Source: Hypanus sabinus
Taxonomy: Eukaryota
Direction of reading: 5' to 3'
DNA length: 64,000 nucleotides
Assembly: GCF_030144855.1 (NCBI RefSeq)
Contig: NC_082708.1
Location: 143,530,001-143,594,000 of the forward strand
A program made the translations under genes and the position numbers. The notes beneath the pieces were generated by a model. It saw only the letters and a list, made by a program, of their open reading frames with translations. It ran no database searches and was not told the DNA's origin. Positions 12,440 through 26,689 of the stretch are shown piece by piece (position 1 is the first letter of the stretch; each line of letters opens with the position of its first letter).

Positions 12440-13420
12440 GCCAAAAGGTAGTTGTGTTGTTGATAGTGAAGAAGGTAGCCTTAGGCTATAGTGATCTTGT
12501 TTTGTTTATTATTTATTGTAATGTCTGCACTGTTTTGTGCACTTTATGCAGTACTGTGTAGGACTGTAGTCTAGTGTAGTCTTTTCTGTGTTGTTTTTAC
12601 GCAGTTCAGTGTAGTTTTTGTATTGCTTCATGTAGCACCATGGTCCCAAAAAACATTGTCTCGTTTTTACTATGTACTGTACCAGCAGTTATGGTTGAAA
12701 TGACAATAAAAAGTGACTTGACTTGACTTGATCTTGATGGGTCGATAGGATGAACAGAGAGATGGCAGATGAAGTTTAATCCTGATAATGGTGAGATGAT
12801 GCATTTTGGGAGGAAAACTAGGACATACACAAAGAACAGTAAGGCTCTTGGAATTGAAGGACTGTGGTGTACATGTCCAGGGATCCTGAAAATACCAATG
12901 TGTTTGAGAAGTCAGACACGAAAGCCAGCAGATGCTGGAATCCGAAGGAAAAATAGGAAGTTTCTGGAGTAACTCAGCAGGAAAGGCAGCATCTGCCATC
13001 TGTCCATTTCCCTCCACAGATGTTACTTGATCCACTGAGCTCCTCGAACAGCTTTCCTTTTGCTTTTGTTGAGCAGAGAAACGGGATGCTTACTTTTATT
13101 AGCCAGGGCATAGGAGTAGGTATGTTATGCTACAGTTAATAAAACATTGGCTAGGCTAAAGCTGGAGAACTGTGTGTATTTCTCTCACCACACTCTATGC
13201 AGGACGTGATTTACACTGGAGAGGACGCTTAGGGGATTCACCCTGATGTTGGCTGAATTGGAGAATTTCAGTTACGGGGAAAGGTTGCATAAGTGGGTTT
13301 GATTTCCATGAATAACCTGGAACACATTGTTTGAATAAGCGGTGGAAATGGGTTCTCTCACTACATTTAGGAAGTAACTACCGTCAAACAGCAACTGAGT
13401 TACCAAGGCATGGGTCCATT
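12440..13420 (+). mobile_element. Degraded CR1 fragment, interrupted by a Rex1 3' end (12495-12730) and a Penelope-type inverted repeat (12915-13060)
   Basis: WQMKFNPDNGEMMHFGRK motif at 12760-12820; (GACTT)n tail at 12714-12735. Confidence 0.65.
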
Positions 13421-13904
13421 GCTGCACAATTGTGCAGGGCATCACAGTGGCTCAGCTGATAGATTCAGTGCAAGATGGTGGCCTGCATGGATGTGGCAGC
13501 CTCTATGAGGCCAACCAAAATGGTGTTATTGTCTTTTTTAAACATCATTTTTACGATCGCAACATACTCCTGGACTTTAAGAAATATAAATACTGCAAGT
13601 CTATCCCTTTGGCGAGCTGCTTGTGTTGGAGAACCGGACCTGGTGTGAACTGTGCTGCCTGCTACTGAGAGGCATCAGAGTCGGTGTGTGAAAGCAGCAT
13701 GCAATCTAACAGTGAGCGATTGTTTAGACATTTTTCTTGTGACCACAAGACCCTATTGGACACAGTTAATGTGAAATGCTTCAAGGCTGGTTCACTAGTT
13801 TATTGGGGGGGGAGGGGGGGACCAACAGCAAGGAAGCTGCACAGCCTCAGTTGTAGCACAGACTAAGCATGATGGCATGCACAGAGGATTCAGAGTCATT
13901 GCTT

Positions 13905-15195
13905 AGAGTCAGCACCTGATTGGAAAGCTGAGCCTGCTGGGCCTGAACACCTCCCTCTGCAACTGGATTCCAGACGTCCTGACTGGGAAACCTCAGTCAG
14001 TCCAGATCTGAGGCAGCATCTCCAACACCATCACACTGAGCACGGGGCCCCCCCAGGGCTGTGTGCTCAGTCCACTGCTGTTCACTCTGCTGACCCATGA
14101 CTGTACTGCAACACACAGCTCGAACCATATCATCAAGTTCGCCGATGACACGACCGTGGTGGGTCTCATCAGCAAGAACAACGAGTCAGCTTACAGAGAG
14201 GAGGTGAAGCGGCTAATGGACTGGTGCAGAGCCAACAACCTGTCTCTGAATGTGAACAAAACAAAAGGGATGGTTCTTGACTTCAGGAGGGTACGGAGCA
14301 ACCACTCTCTGCTGAACATCGACGGCTCCTCCATAGAGATCATTAAGAGCACCAAATTTCTTGGTGTTCACCTGACGGAGAATCTCACCTGGTCCCTCAA
14401 CATGAGCTCCATAGCAAAGAAAGCCCAGCAGCATCTCTACTTTCTGCAAAGGCTGAGGAAAGTCCATCTCCCACCCCCCATCCTCATCACATTCTACAGA
14501 GGATGTATCAAGAGTATCCTGAGCAGCCGCATCACTGGCTGGTTCGGAAATTACACCATCTTGGATCATAAGACCTCCAGCAGATAGTGAGGTCAGCTGA
14601 AGGGATCATCGGGGTCTCTCTTCCCACTATTACAGACATTTACACCACACGCTGCATCTACAAAGCTAACAGCATTGTGAAGGACCGCACACACCCCTCA
14701 TACAAACTCTTCTCCCTCCTTCCATCTGGCAAAAGGTACCTAAGCATTCGGGCTTTCACGACCAGACTGTGTAACAGTTTTTCCCCCCAGGCCATTAGAC
14801 TGCTCAATTCCCAGAGTCCTGTCTGACAGCAGCCTACATACTACACTACACTACACAACACACACGCACACACACTCCCGCCCCAAAACCACTCCACTCC
14901 CTTTGCAATTTTTGCTCATTTCTTTCTCAATTCCTGCTAAAACATTGTTTACATTTACATAATTTATTATTATATTGTATATTGCCCTTTACTGTGCCTA
15001 TTGTCTTATTTATTAATTATTGTACTGTCTTGCACGGTTTGGTGAACTTTATGTGGTCCTGTGTAGGTCTGAAGTCTAACGTAGTTTTGTGTTGTTTCAT
15101 GTAGCACCGTGGTCCTGGAGGAATGTTGTTTTGTTTTTACTGTGTACTGTACCAGCAGTTATGGTTGAAATGACAATAAAGGTGACTTGACTTGT
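13905..15195 (+). mobile_element. Rex1/Babar LINE, 3' half with RT core, 3' UTR and (GACTT)n tail
   Basis: GPPQGCVLSPLLFTLLTHDC...IKFADDTTVVGLI...WCRANNLSLNVNKTK; C-terminal HPSYKLFSLLPSGKRY...SFSPQAIRLLN. Confidence 0.92.
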
Positions 15196-15519
15196 GTAGC
15201 GTGTCATGTGTGCTGTCATTGATGCTGCTCTCCAGTGTTTGCTCAGTGGAAGACAAGCCAGATTGCATTTGTCTGCAGTCTGCTGAGGGCTTAATCTTGC
15301 TGACAACATTCATAGACTCTGGGACTTGGGTGATATTTTTTCTATAATTGTATGCTCACTGCTATCTTATATGTGCTATATGTGGCTCATGCTGTGTATG
15401 ACTGTTGGTTTGATGTTTCGCACAGTGGCCGTGGAGGAACACTGTTTAGTTTGGCTGTATTCGTAGGTATTCATTCATGATTGAATGGCAATTAAACCTG
15501 AACTTCAACATCTCCAGCA

Positions 15520-15810
15520 ATCTGGGCTCAATCTTGACCTCTGTCACTGTCAGTGTGGAGTTTACATGTTTTCCCTGTGACTACATGGAGGTCCTCCAAC
15601 TGGTCTGGTTTCATGGTGCATCTCAAAAAGTTGCAGGCAATTAGGTTAATTGACCACTGTGAGTTGAACCCAGTCTGTAGGTAAGCGGTAAGAAATGAAA
15701 GGATTTGATGGGACCCTGGGGAGAATAAAATAATTAAAGGTAGGATTAGCATAAAAATGCAAGCTTGTAGCTCAGCATGGACTCAAAATGGCTGAAGGTC
15801 CTTTTCAGTT
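15520..15810 (+). mobile_element. V-SINE (HE1-like) copy, degraded
   Basis: gtggagtttacatgttttccctgtgactacatgg...aggttaattgaccactgt. Confidence 0.65.
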
Positions 15811-17089
15811 CTATACTTTCCATTTTTGTATGGCTATAGATGTGTTGGATTGAAGAGACTGCTCCTCTGCTATATTACTCTGATTATACATTAAATCACA
15901 GTGTAGCCTTTCCAGCCCCAGAGTCCTAACAGCAGGAGGGTTGAGCAAGGGGGCTGGAACACGTTTACCTAATTTGGGGTTTATTTGTAGCATTTCCTGA
16001 GGCCCGACATGGAGGATTGATACCTAATGATTGCAAGATTAAACATGAAGACTTCAGCTTTTGACAATTCACTTTATTATTAAGGGACATGGTGCTAACA
16101 TCTGTTCTGTCTTATAGATGAGATGTTAAACTGAGCTCTTTTGGATGGACATGAAAGATCGTATGGTACTGGTCCAAGAGGACTAGGCAATTATTTACCT
16201 CTCAACAATTTACCCATTAATCATCTCAGTGCAATTAATGTGATATTTTTGTTTGCTAATTAGTTTGTACATTTGAAACACCACTGCAGTACAAACATAA
16301 TTAATTTTTCTATAATATTCTTTGCATCATCATAAGTATTTGAAAGGAACTATCAAAATGTAAGTTCTTTCTTTTATTGTGTAGTCCCAATAATCTACCA
16401 GCCTCAGTTACACAAGACAATAGCAAAGTCTTGTCTTTAAAGGGCAGAAATTAATGTACAGATGAGACTCTTAAAGGTTGCTTCTGTTATTTAAAGGAAT
16501 TTTTGACTGTTTCAGTCATCTGCAGCAGAATGAATGGGGATGCAAAGGACCTACATTTGTTGAATTGAAAAGGAGTTAATTTAATTAGGTTTTACATAAT
16601 ATTTGACTAATTGGGAACTGTATGTGTTCTTTAACACAAAGTGGCAATTAGCCAAAGGCCAAGGAAGAGATGAAAACAAGGGTTAATTTTGCTGGGGTTG
16701 TGGGTCAAATCAATCCCATAACCCTCTGCCAGACATAAAGCAACCTGTCACCTCTCATTCCCAGCACTTTGGAGCAAATAAATTAACAGCAAGATTAGAG
16801 TCCACAGCATTTCAGTCAAGCAGATTCACCTATCAGGTTAGCACAGATATACAGAAGTCAAATCTGTTGCACTTATCTTGTATTATACAAAGAACCAGGA
16901 TATTTTGTTTAATGTGAGGCAGTGTTAATATAGGTGGAGATGTATTTTAAAAGAAAGTTTAAAAGCTAGAGAGGACTGCTGATATACCACATGAGAGAGA
17001 TAGTTGGATGAAGTCATTAATAGCAGGGATTTTTCCAAATGGTTTATCAGATGGTGAAGATGCTTCCATCTTTGCAAATTCAGTTGTCA

Positions 17090-17515
17090 TTATACAAAGT
17101 CAAAATCCATTTTATTGTCAAATGCACAAGGATGTGTAAGGGTGGTGAAAAACTTACTCATAGCAGCATCACTGACACAGTACCAGAAACACAAGATTCA
17201 CAAGAAAAACATAAATTATACATATATATGTAAGAATTATCATACAATTATTATTAAGATCATTATACAATTCAAACAGAAGAGTCTAGAGTTGCGCAAA
17301 ATGGTCAAAGTTTTGTTCTACTGAAACAGTGATTAGGGTTGTACAGGCTGGTTCAAGGACTGAATGGTTGAAGGGAAGAAGCTGTTTTTGAACCTGTTGC
17401 TGTGAGACTTTAGGCTTCTATACCTCTGCCCAATGGTAGCTGAGTGAAGATAGTCCAACCCAGATGGTGGGGTTCTTTGATAAAAAAAACATTGCCTTCT
17501 TGAGGATCTGCCTCT
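17090..17515 (-). mobile_element. Rex1-type LINE 3' fragment
   Basis: GQRYRSLKSHSNRFKNSFFPSTIQSLN. Confidence 0.75.
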
Positions 17516-17559
17516 CCCTTGGGCCCAGACACCACCATCTCGATTCAGCCCATGCAAGC

Positions 17560-18335
17560 CACACCAAGACCGTCATACACCTTCAAGACTTAAGTTCATA
17601 TTGCAAAAACGCCAGGTTGTACAGCTGGTTCAAAAGCTCATCTCCAAAAAGGAAGTTGAAGGAAGTGATTGCTTTCGAGAAAAAAATATGAGTAGCAGAC
17701 CTATGTGTAAATATCACCGATAACTTGTCCTGGTTCAGCCAAGTAGATGCTATAGTGCTATTGACCACGAGCAGCTCAACTTCCTTAGAAGGCTAATGAA
17801 ATCTGGCATGTCCCCAGCGACCAAGTTTTATAGATACTGTATGCCATAGAGAGCATCACATCTGGTTTCATCGCAGCTTGGTATAGCAATTGCTCTGCAA
17901 ACAACACAAGAAATTGCAGTGAATTGTCAATGCAGCCCAGTCTATCATTAAAACCAGCCTCCTCTCCATTGACTCTGTCTGCATTGCTCTGCCTTGGGAT
18001 GCAGCCAACATAATCAAGGACTCCTCTCATCTAGGACATCTTCACCTCTTCTATCAGCTAGGAGTTTTTAAAAATCTTGAAAACATGTATTACCAGGCTT
18101 AACGATATCTGTTATAAGAATCTTGAACAGACATCTTGTACGATAGAGATAACTCACGATTTCCCAATGTACCACACACTCTCTGTAACCTTAACACTGT
18201 ACTCTATGTTCTGTTTCATTGTCCTTTTGTTATACCTTAATGTACTAATGTACAGAATGAGCTGTTTCGATCGCATGCAAACAAAAGCTTTTTATTGTAT
18301 CTTGGTACATGTGATAATAATAAACCAATTACTCT
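17560..18335 (+). mobile_element. Degraded Rex1-type LINE 3' fragment
   Basis: FLRRLMKSG..YCMP/ESITSG..AWYSN-like remnants and a 3' UTR ending gtgataataataaacc. Confidence 0.65.
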
Positions 18336-18629
18336 AAGAATCCGTAGCTCTGCAAAAATGATTCTGAAATCGTCAGGCAAACAATTCTGTTCAGGACAAT
18401 TCAGGATTGGCAGTAAATTCTGATCTTGCTAATGATGCCCATATCCCTCCCAAGCCATCAGAATAGACATTTCTCAATAATGAAATGTTTTGCAAAGTCA
18501 ATGGCAATTTCTACAATAACTCTGGTGATTGTGCATCTCCCATAGTAGCAGCGCTTTGCAGCTGTATTGGAGAGCATACTGACATGAGGATCCAGGGATG
18601 CAGAAGGGAATCCTTCTACCCTAACCTCT

Positions 18630-19020
18630 ATCCTAGGCACCTGAGAGGGTTCAGGAAAGTTTTACAAGAACTAGGATGAGGGACCACAGTTACAGTGACA
18701 GATTACAGCAGCTAGGATTACTTACTGTAGTGAAGAGGGGTCTGGATAGAGTGGATAGTGGAAAGCTGTTTCTGTTGGAAGATCTGAAAACTAGATATGA
18801 CAGATATAATACAAATGGGAAGTGTGGTTGAAACTGAAACACATGGCCTGCAGATGGAGGCATGTTTGGTTGTCATATTCAAGAGAGTATTGGATAAATG
18901 TATCATGAGAAAAAATTTACATGGTTATGGAGAAGGGCTGGGGATGGAACTAATCATTTGTCCTAGTAGTGAGATGGAGCAGATACAATGGGCTGAATGG
19001 CCTCATCAAACAATTCTGTC
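18630..19020 (+). mobile_element. Old CR1 3' fragment
   Basis: Remnants ggatagagtggatagtggaaagctgtttc and atgggctgaatggcctc. Confidence 0.55.
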
Positions 19021-19814
19021 CCTTTAGGGTCTGGAAAATATTTGGCAGTTCCCCTTTAGGATGAAAACATGATGGGTACTCCCATTGATATTAAACTCAT
19101 GATTGGTACCTTCTGAATATATGGCATTCATCAGCAGAAACTTGTCTGATGATCCACAATCACCTGAAGACAGAGAACATGGAAATTCCTCCGCTGAGGA
19201 AAGGATCCCCATTGTTAAGAGGCGTGTATGTGGGTGTATGAATGCAGACAAAGGTTGTTCCCATACCAGGAGAGGCAGAAATGCTGGCAAAGCTGAAGGT
19301 GCCATCTTTTCCTCACTAAAAATGAAGTATTCAGAGTTTATTCCTTCATGACTCGTGTGCCTAACTGACTTATCTGAATCAGCAAGTTGTGGGCATTCAG
19401 AGATCTGCTGTGACTGTCAAGATCTTCTGATGAGGGAGCCGGGAGTCAGGAAGACCATAGAATTGACAGAGAGTGCAGTCTATGAGTGAGAAAATTGCTG
19501 GAATACAACATACAGAATTGTAACCTTAGAAAACCTAACCATGCTGAGATGATATTTATCAAAGAGATGCAGTTAGGATGTGGATTTCTCTGAAGGTGCT
19601 CTGGGAACAGACTGTCCTGAGAAAGGCATGACTTAGCCAGTGATACGTGATGCCCATGGGATGTGTATTTCAGCAGCTAAATGGAGGATCATAATGAATT
19701 TGAAGGTGCTTGAGAAGCCTTTGGTCATTTCTAAAGGACCTCAGTCAGGTTTCCTGAAGTCTTCAGAAAATCTTGTTAAATCATGAAGCAAGTAACAAAG
19801 CAGCACAATCTGAC

Positions 19815-20130
19815 CTTGTATAAAATCATGAGGGGCAGCGGTAGAGTGAATTCACATGGTATCTTTTTCCCAGAGAAAGGAAATCAAAGGCTAGAGGGCA
19901 TAGTTTAAGGTGAAATGGGAAATATTTAAAAGGAACTTAAGGGGCAGCTTCTTCATGAACAAGCTACAGAGGAAGTGGTTGAGGAAATTCTAATAGCAAC
20001 TTTTAGAAGATATTTGGGCAGGCATATGTATAGGATTTGTTTCGAGCCTAACACAGGCAAATGGGATTAGTTTAGATTGGTCAGTGCAATCAAGTTGAGC
20101 CAAGGGCTGCTTTCATGCTGATCTGTCACT
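19815..20130 (+). mobile_element. Old CR1 3' fragment
   Basis: tataaaatcatgagggg...ctagagggcatagtttaaggtga...aggggcagcttcttca. Confidence 0.6.
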
Positions 20131-21204
20131 ATTCAATTAAGATTGAATGAAGTAGCAGCCTCCTGCCTCCACAATAGGCTGGTCTGGGCAGAAACAAGTA
20201 TCAAATGCATTTGTACTATCATTAGCAGGGCATCTACTGCAGGGAAAAAAAGTTGACTGTGCAAGTGTGGATTGTTCTGCAATTCCCAACCAATTCCTGA
20301 TAAACTTTTTTTTGCATAGACCAGGCATTAAAAACATAGCAATTGGGTCCAATTTCTCAGCACCAGAGGTGAATATGCCTGGCTACTACTGAAGAGAACA
20401 GAAGAGAACACGTTTGACCTTAATTCCTTGAAAGTGGTTCTCAAAAGGACCAGGTAGACATGAACAATTTGCTGACTTCTTCCTGAATACCAGCCACTGA
20501 ATCATTGAAATGTTAACTCTCATGGGTATTGAGTAATTACAGGATGAAAGATCACAGAAGGCACACAAAAGAGTGATCTCCACCCTATTTTTCTACCAGA
20601 CATAACCTGTTCCACTTGCATACCTTCAGGCATAGTGACTGGAAATATAATTAGGGATTACAAAAACAAGCTAAGGATGTGGAAAAGTATTCGGAGCTCT
20701 GAATTTGTCCTTATCAAAACTGAACAAGGATTTTAACCATACTGGTTAAGTAAAGTACCTTTCATTCCAACTACCTAACAGAGAGAAGATTCAACAGCAA
20801 CTACTATTTATACAGAATAGGATGTAGGGGATAGTCTAGAGCAACATGTTGAAAGAAGGCACTTAACACACAGAACCAACAACTCGTGGTAAACTATCTA
20901 CTGCATTGGCTTTTGTGGTTTGAACATGACATGGCATCAGAAGGTGAGCAGATTCAGACCGTGACAACTGTGACATGTGTCGTCCAGTCATCAAATACCT
21001 GCAAAACTAGTCAGCAATCTGAATGACACATTGCTGCAGCAGATTTTTTTCCTGGGATCAATGTTATACCATGTTGTTCCCTGGGCACTCAGAAGGGACA
21101 TTAGAGCATTGTGCTTCACAATCCATTAAGAAGTTAACTGATGTTAATTCTGTCAAACACCACCTTCACCAGTCTTCAATGGAAGCTCCAATTTTGCTAT
21201 GCAT

Positions 21205-23760
21205 CAAAGTCACTCAAGTTTGTTTATTGCTATATGCACAGGTACATTGAAGAACTTACTTGCAGTAGCATCACACAGGCTCTTATCATCAGATACATAA
21301 CACATGAAAAACATAAATTATATAAAAATATAAAAAAGAACATAATTAAACAAATAAAAGTCCATTGTCATGCAAAGGGGTCTCAGTGATGCTGTATTCA
21401 AAATTCAAAGGACATTTATTATCAAAGTATGTACACTTTATACAGCCTTGAGATTTGTCTCCTTACAGGCAGCCTCAAAACAAAAAAAACAAATAGAACC
21501 CAATTAGAAAGGACCATCAAACACCTAATGTGCAAAAAAAAAACAGATCATGCAAACAATATAAAGTAAGCAAATGACATTCAGAATAAAAGTTCACGGA
21601 AGTGAATTCACAGCCACAGAGCAGACATTCAACACTGCAGCTGATTCAGGAGCCTGTTAGTTGCAGGCCACAGACTCAGTTTAGTGAGGAGATGAGTAAA
21701 CCTCACTGAGCAGATAGCTGAACACTGGCCCATCCCTTGCCTCCGGCCCTGACTCCCTGACCTTTTCAATCTGGCCTGGTACTTAAATCAGCCAAACCTC
21801 AGCTCATTCCTCATTCTTGGACCCAGGTCTCGCAGGGCCGATATGCTCTCAGGGCCGGGCCCGGCCACCTTGACTCTGCCTTGCCTTGAGATAGTGATTA
21901 GGGTTGTGCAAGTTGTTTCAAGACTCAAATATCGAAGGGACGTAGCTGTCTTAAACCTGATGGTGCCTGGAATTTTCAGGCTTCTGTACCCTCTGCCCAA
22001 TGGCAGCTGCGAGAAGATGCCATGGCCTGAATGTTGGGAAACCTTGATGATAAATGTTGTCTTCTTGAGGCAGCAATTCATGTAGACAGTGTCAGTGGTG
22101 GAAAGGGACAAGGCAGTGATGTATTGGGCTGAGTCAACTATTCCGCAGTTTCCTATGTTCCTGTATATTCGAATTGCCGCCCCAGACCATGATGCAACCA
22201 GTCAAGATACACTCGTAGAAGTTTATATGAGAAACTCTTTAACCTTCTAAGAAAGTAGACTCTGGTACATCTTCCATGTGTTGGACCCAGGACAGGTTAT
22301 CCGATATGCTAACACCAAGGAATTTAAAGCTACTGACTCACTCTCTCCATCACTGATCCACCAATGTAGACTAGCATCTGTTTGCACGCCTTCCCCTTCA
22401 TGAAGTTAACAATCTAGCTTTATTGATGCTGAGTGAGAGGTTATTGTTGCCATACTACTCAGTCAGGTGTCTTACCTTGCTCCTGTACACTGGCTGATCT
22501 TCACTGATGATTTGCCCCAAAACAATAATGTTATTGGGATATTCACCATACTGCCATTTCCATTTCCTACACATTGAAGGTACAGTATGTATTCAAAAAG
22601 AAAAATGGCAAATAATATTTTTCTGTAGAAGATTTAGGTCTCTTTCTCATCTTCAATAGCACCACTCTCCTGAGTTATCTACCATCTCAAAGTACAAAGT
22701 TCAAAGTAAGTTTATTATCAAAGTGCATTTATCTGACCATATACAACCCTGAGATTCATTTTCTTAGAAACATAAAAACATAGAAAACCTGCAACACAAT
22801 ACAGGCCCTTTGGCCCACAATGTTGTGCTGAGCATGTCCCTACCTTAGAAATTACTAGGCTTACCTTGCAGGCATACTCAATAAATTCATAATTGAGTAA
22901 TAACCATAACAGAATCAATGAAAGACCACATGAACTTGGGAGTTCAGTAAGTGTGCAAAAGCCAACAAACTGTGCAAATACAAAAGGAAAGAAATGATAA
23001 TAAATAAATAAGCAATATAAATCAAGAACATGAGATGAAGAGTCCTTGAAATTGAGTCCATAGGTTATGTAAACATTTCAATAATGGGACAAGTGAAGTT
23101 AAGTGAAATTAACCCCTTTGGTTTAAGAACCTGATGGTTGAGAGGTAATTGTTTCTGGACTTAGTGGTGTGACTCCTGTACATTATTCTTTATGACAGCA
23201 GCAAGAAAGAAGCATTACCTGGGTGGTGGGGGTCCCTGAAGATGGATGATAGATAGATAGATAGATAGATACTTTATTGATCCCAAAGGAAATTACAGTA
23301 TCAGAGTAGCATTACAAGTACACAGATATACAAATATTAAAAAAGAAATAAAAAAGAATAAATAATAAGTTACTTTGAACAGTCTAACTTGGGGGTGGGG
23401 GGGAAGTCATCACTTCCCCGGCTTTAGGTTGACTCATTATAGTTCCTAATGGCCTAGGGTAAGAATGATGTCTCTAGTGCTCTTTGGAGCAGCACAGTTG
23501 TCTTAGTCTTTTACTAAAAGTGCTCGTCTGTTCAGCCGAGGTGACGTGCAGAGGGTGAGAAACATTGTGCTTTCCTGCAACTACTCTTCATGTAGATGTG
23601 CTCAAAGGTGGGGAGGACTTTAATCATGTTGGACTGGGCCAACTACTTTTTGTAGGATTTTCCATTCAAAGAGACTGATGTTTACATACCAGGCTATGAT
23701 GTAGTAAGTCAATACCTTCTCCACCGCACATCTATAGAAGTTTGTCAAAGTTTTAGATGC
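21205..23760 (-). mobile_element. Cluster of nested Rex1-type fragments and short derivatives, plus a short CR1 3' end (22765-22865)
   Basis: HSGHGIFSQLPLGRGYRSLK (ORF 21788-22111); several 3' ends with tails (ttcaaa)n at 21396 and 22690 and (GATA)n at 23246-23270. Confidence 0.65.
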
Positions 23761-25190
23761 CCATCTCAGAAAGACTATTGCTCTAATTATACTAACTATA
23801 TCAGCACTGCAGCTGCAATGTGAAGATGAGTGTGATAATTAATAAAAACCTTATCTACTGGCCGCTGCCCTTCTGGGTTCAGTATGGTTGAACATTCAGT
23901 TTGCCTGGACGGTCAAAGAGCTCAAGTATCATTCAGGATAGAGAAGTTCAGTTAATCAGCATTTAACTGCTCCATCTCCTTGCATTGGGAATGTGTGCTG
24001 GCACAATAATAACCCTAATTTGGTTGTACCTCAGTTATAACCAGGTTGAGAAGCATTTTCCTGTGAACACATTCCTTTGTCTGAGTCAGAATTGTACACA
24101 TCTGTGGTGTGAATTAAAGGACAATAATTTAACAGCTCGTAGATCATTGTGTTCCTCCTTCTTCCTTGTCATTTTCAGCAACTGCTGCTTTATCAGTGAG
24201 CAGATCTGTTCTGCATCTGTGTAATAAATTACCCTCTTCTAAGCAGTTCAGTTTAGAATTTTGTGGAGAATGCTAATAGCTATTCTTAGGCCAAGTATTG
24301 CTGACTATTTGGCGGTGCATCCTGTGTTAAAATTAGAGCTGAGATGTTGATAGCCGAAAATGCAATGAAGCGTAGGTGTAATTAAGTGTCAGATCTTCCT
24401 ACTCCCTATATTGTTAGGTATATTGGCTTGATACTTACCTTGACTTTGATGTATTGAACATAGCCATTTGAGTATGGGAGACCGTATATCAGGTAAATAC
24501 AAATTGCACAAAGATCGCCTTGACATAACACAGCTGAATAACCTCAGTGGATGCTGCTGGAGACTGATAATACAAAAAGGGGAGCTCCTGGATGTCCTAA
24601 CCTTGCATGAGGTCCACATAATTTGCCTGTTTGTGGACTGTTGTGCCTTAAAATTGCCCTATTGTTTTAAATACCAAAACCACTTTTGCACTGCTCCCCA
24701 AAAGGCTTCACAGTTTGTTGGCCCTTTCCTAATAATTGTAGAATTGTTGGTTTCTACATATTAAAACATTCCTTAAGCAAGTCTGCCATTGATTCTATAT
24801 TACACCATATTCTGCATATGTTTTGGTTTTAGTCTGCAATAGCTTGAATTAAAACAGAGTATCTTTATACATTGTGGTGTTTGTTCTGAAGGAGGTCCCT
24901 CAGGACCTGAGATTACTTGCTTCTAGTCCAGTTGTGTGGGTTCTGTGGTTGTGGACGGCTCCACAGGTGGAACAGGAGATGCCTGATGCAACAAGCAAGT
25001 CAGTAACATGTCAGGTGATGCCACTTATAAACAGCTTCCTTCTGTGCAATTCACCTTCATACTGCATTGCTTCAGGAAGGCTAAAAGTCTCATCAAGACT
25101 ACTTGCCACCCTGGCCATTTCCTTTTCTCTTCTACCATCTGGGAGAAGATACAAGAATTTGAAACCTAAGGACAGTTACTTGCACACTGT

Positions 25191-25610
25191 TGTTGCTGCA
25201 TGAATGAAGTCACTGGAAAAAGTACTGTTGGATACAAAGTCACTTCTTTATTTGACAAAACCGGGTACAACAGGCATCATTCAGAGATGCTTTCGGTTGA
25301 AAGGTCTGGCTGAATCCAACTTGGGGCTCGATATTTTATGTGCCAAACATCAAAGGACAGCTCCATATATACAATGTATGGACAATGCTTTCTTTGAAAC
25401 TACATACAACGTTTACACTTCGTGACTTCTATCCACACCACTGACGTCCAAATGAATTTTAACCAGCATTGTCTGGTCTGGGATTGGTGGCCTTTAGGCA
25501 CCCATTGCTGCACTCCAAATGAAAGTCTACAATGCATTTTCAGATGAGAAGACTGGTAGCCAGAGGCAATTGCTAAATGTATATGTCCTAAACACAAAAA
25601 TTGCTCCAGG
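25191..25610 (-). mobile_element. Solo or partial LTR related to 2680-3322, inserted in a Rex1 3' end
   Basis: Begins tgttgctgcatgaa, like tgttgtgacatgaa at 2680; shares the attttat.tgc.aaa.atcaaagg and tacaatgtat blocks; flanked by ACTGT/ACTGC; the far end is not a canonical TG/CA. Confidence 0.5.
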
Positions 25611-25659
25611 ACTGCTATCAGACTTCTGAATCAATCAGCTGTTTCATATTTTCTTCCTG

Positions 25660-26470
25660 GTTCAATGGTCCATTTGAAATCAGAGAATGTATACAGTATA
25701 CAACCTGAAATTCTTACTCTTCACAAAAATGCACTAAAACAGAAGAAACCCCCAAAAACAAACGACAGGAAAATATTGGGACACTGAAGCCCCCTCCCCC
25801 TCACTCACACCAGTAGCAGCAAAGCATCAACCCTCCCTCCTCACCCTCACCCACTTATTTCAGCAGAAAGCATCAAAGCCCACATTCCACCACCCACCAA
25901 GCAAGCAATGGCAAAGCTCCCAAGGAGAGACCGTGACCTGCAATCCAACAAAAACGATTGTTCACCCGATAGTTCGACATGCCACAGGATCTCTCTCTCA
26001 CTAACAAGGCATCAACTTTGCACAACGAGAGAGGAGACCGGCAAAGCAAACAGTTGTTACAGCCTACCGTGTTGCTTTTACTCCGAGTTTCTCCAGCTCG
26101 AGAATCGGCAGCGAACTCTCCCCCGCCATTGAGAGAAAGAAAGAGAGCGTGGGATTGCCTGAGAACAGAGGTCTCCAACGGCTGCACCCACTGCCGCGAT
26201 GCTCTGGCCTGTTCTCTCCTGCAACACCACAGTTGGCAACACCGGCATGGACTCAGCCTGCCCAGAGGTGCGTACCTTCCAGGGTGCATCCTGGGGACAT
26301 TGAAAAATAGCCTGTCAGTGAGCTCCGGGAACAGGAACCACTGCTGTAAAGAACCAAAGTAGATCACGGACCCATCCACCGTGAAAAGGAAAAAAAAGAC
26401 ATTAAAGTGAAGAAGTTAAAGCTGTTTTGCAGATGAGCCCAAAGAAGCCATCCTCCTTTGACATCTTATC
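25660..26470 (-). mobile_element. Non-coding LINE-derived (Rex1-associated) short element
   Basis: 3' portion (cagagaatgtatacagtatacaacctgaaattc) resembles the 3' ends at 21400 and 22720; GC-richer 5' part; no ORF with recognisable motifs. Confidence 0.45.
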
Positions 26471-26689
26471 TCCTTCGAATAATAGTGCAGCTACATTCTT
26501 AGACTCTTAATTCTACCTTTAATTATTAATTCTGTTTTTGTCACTGTAGCAATACTTTTCTGTACTACACAGTTTGAACTGCAATCTTTGCATCATTCTG
26601 TTGTTTTGTTGTTGCTTCCTCATGTTTACCATGTACACTACCTTATACAAGCAAGGAGTTTCTTTGCACCCTGGTTGATATGTCACTTC

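Noticed and set aside
19103-19351. 82-aa ORF in unique-looking sequence
   Set aside because: No recognisable domain or splice structure; length is compatible with chance.
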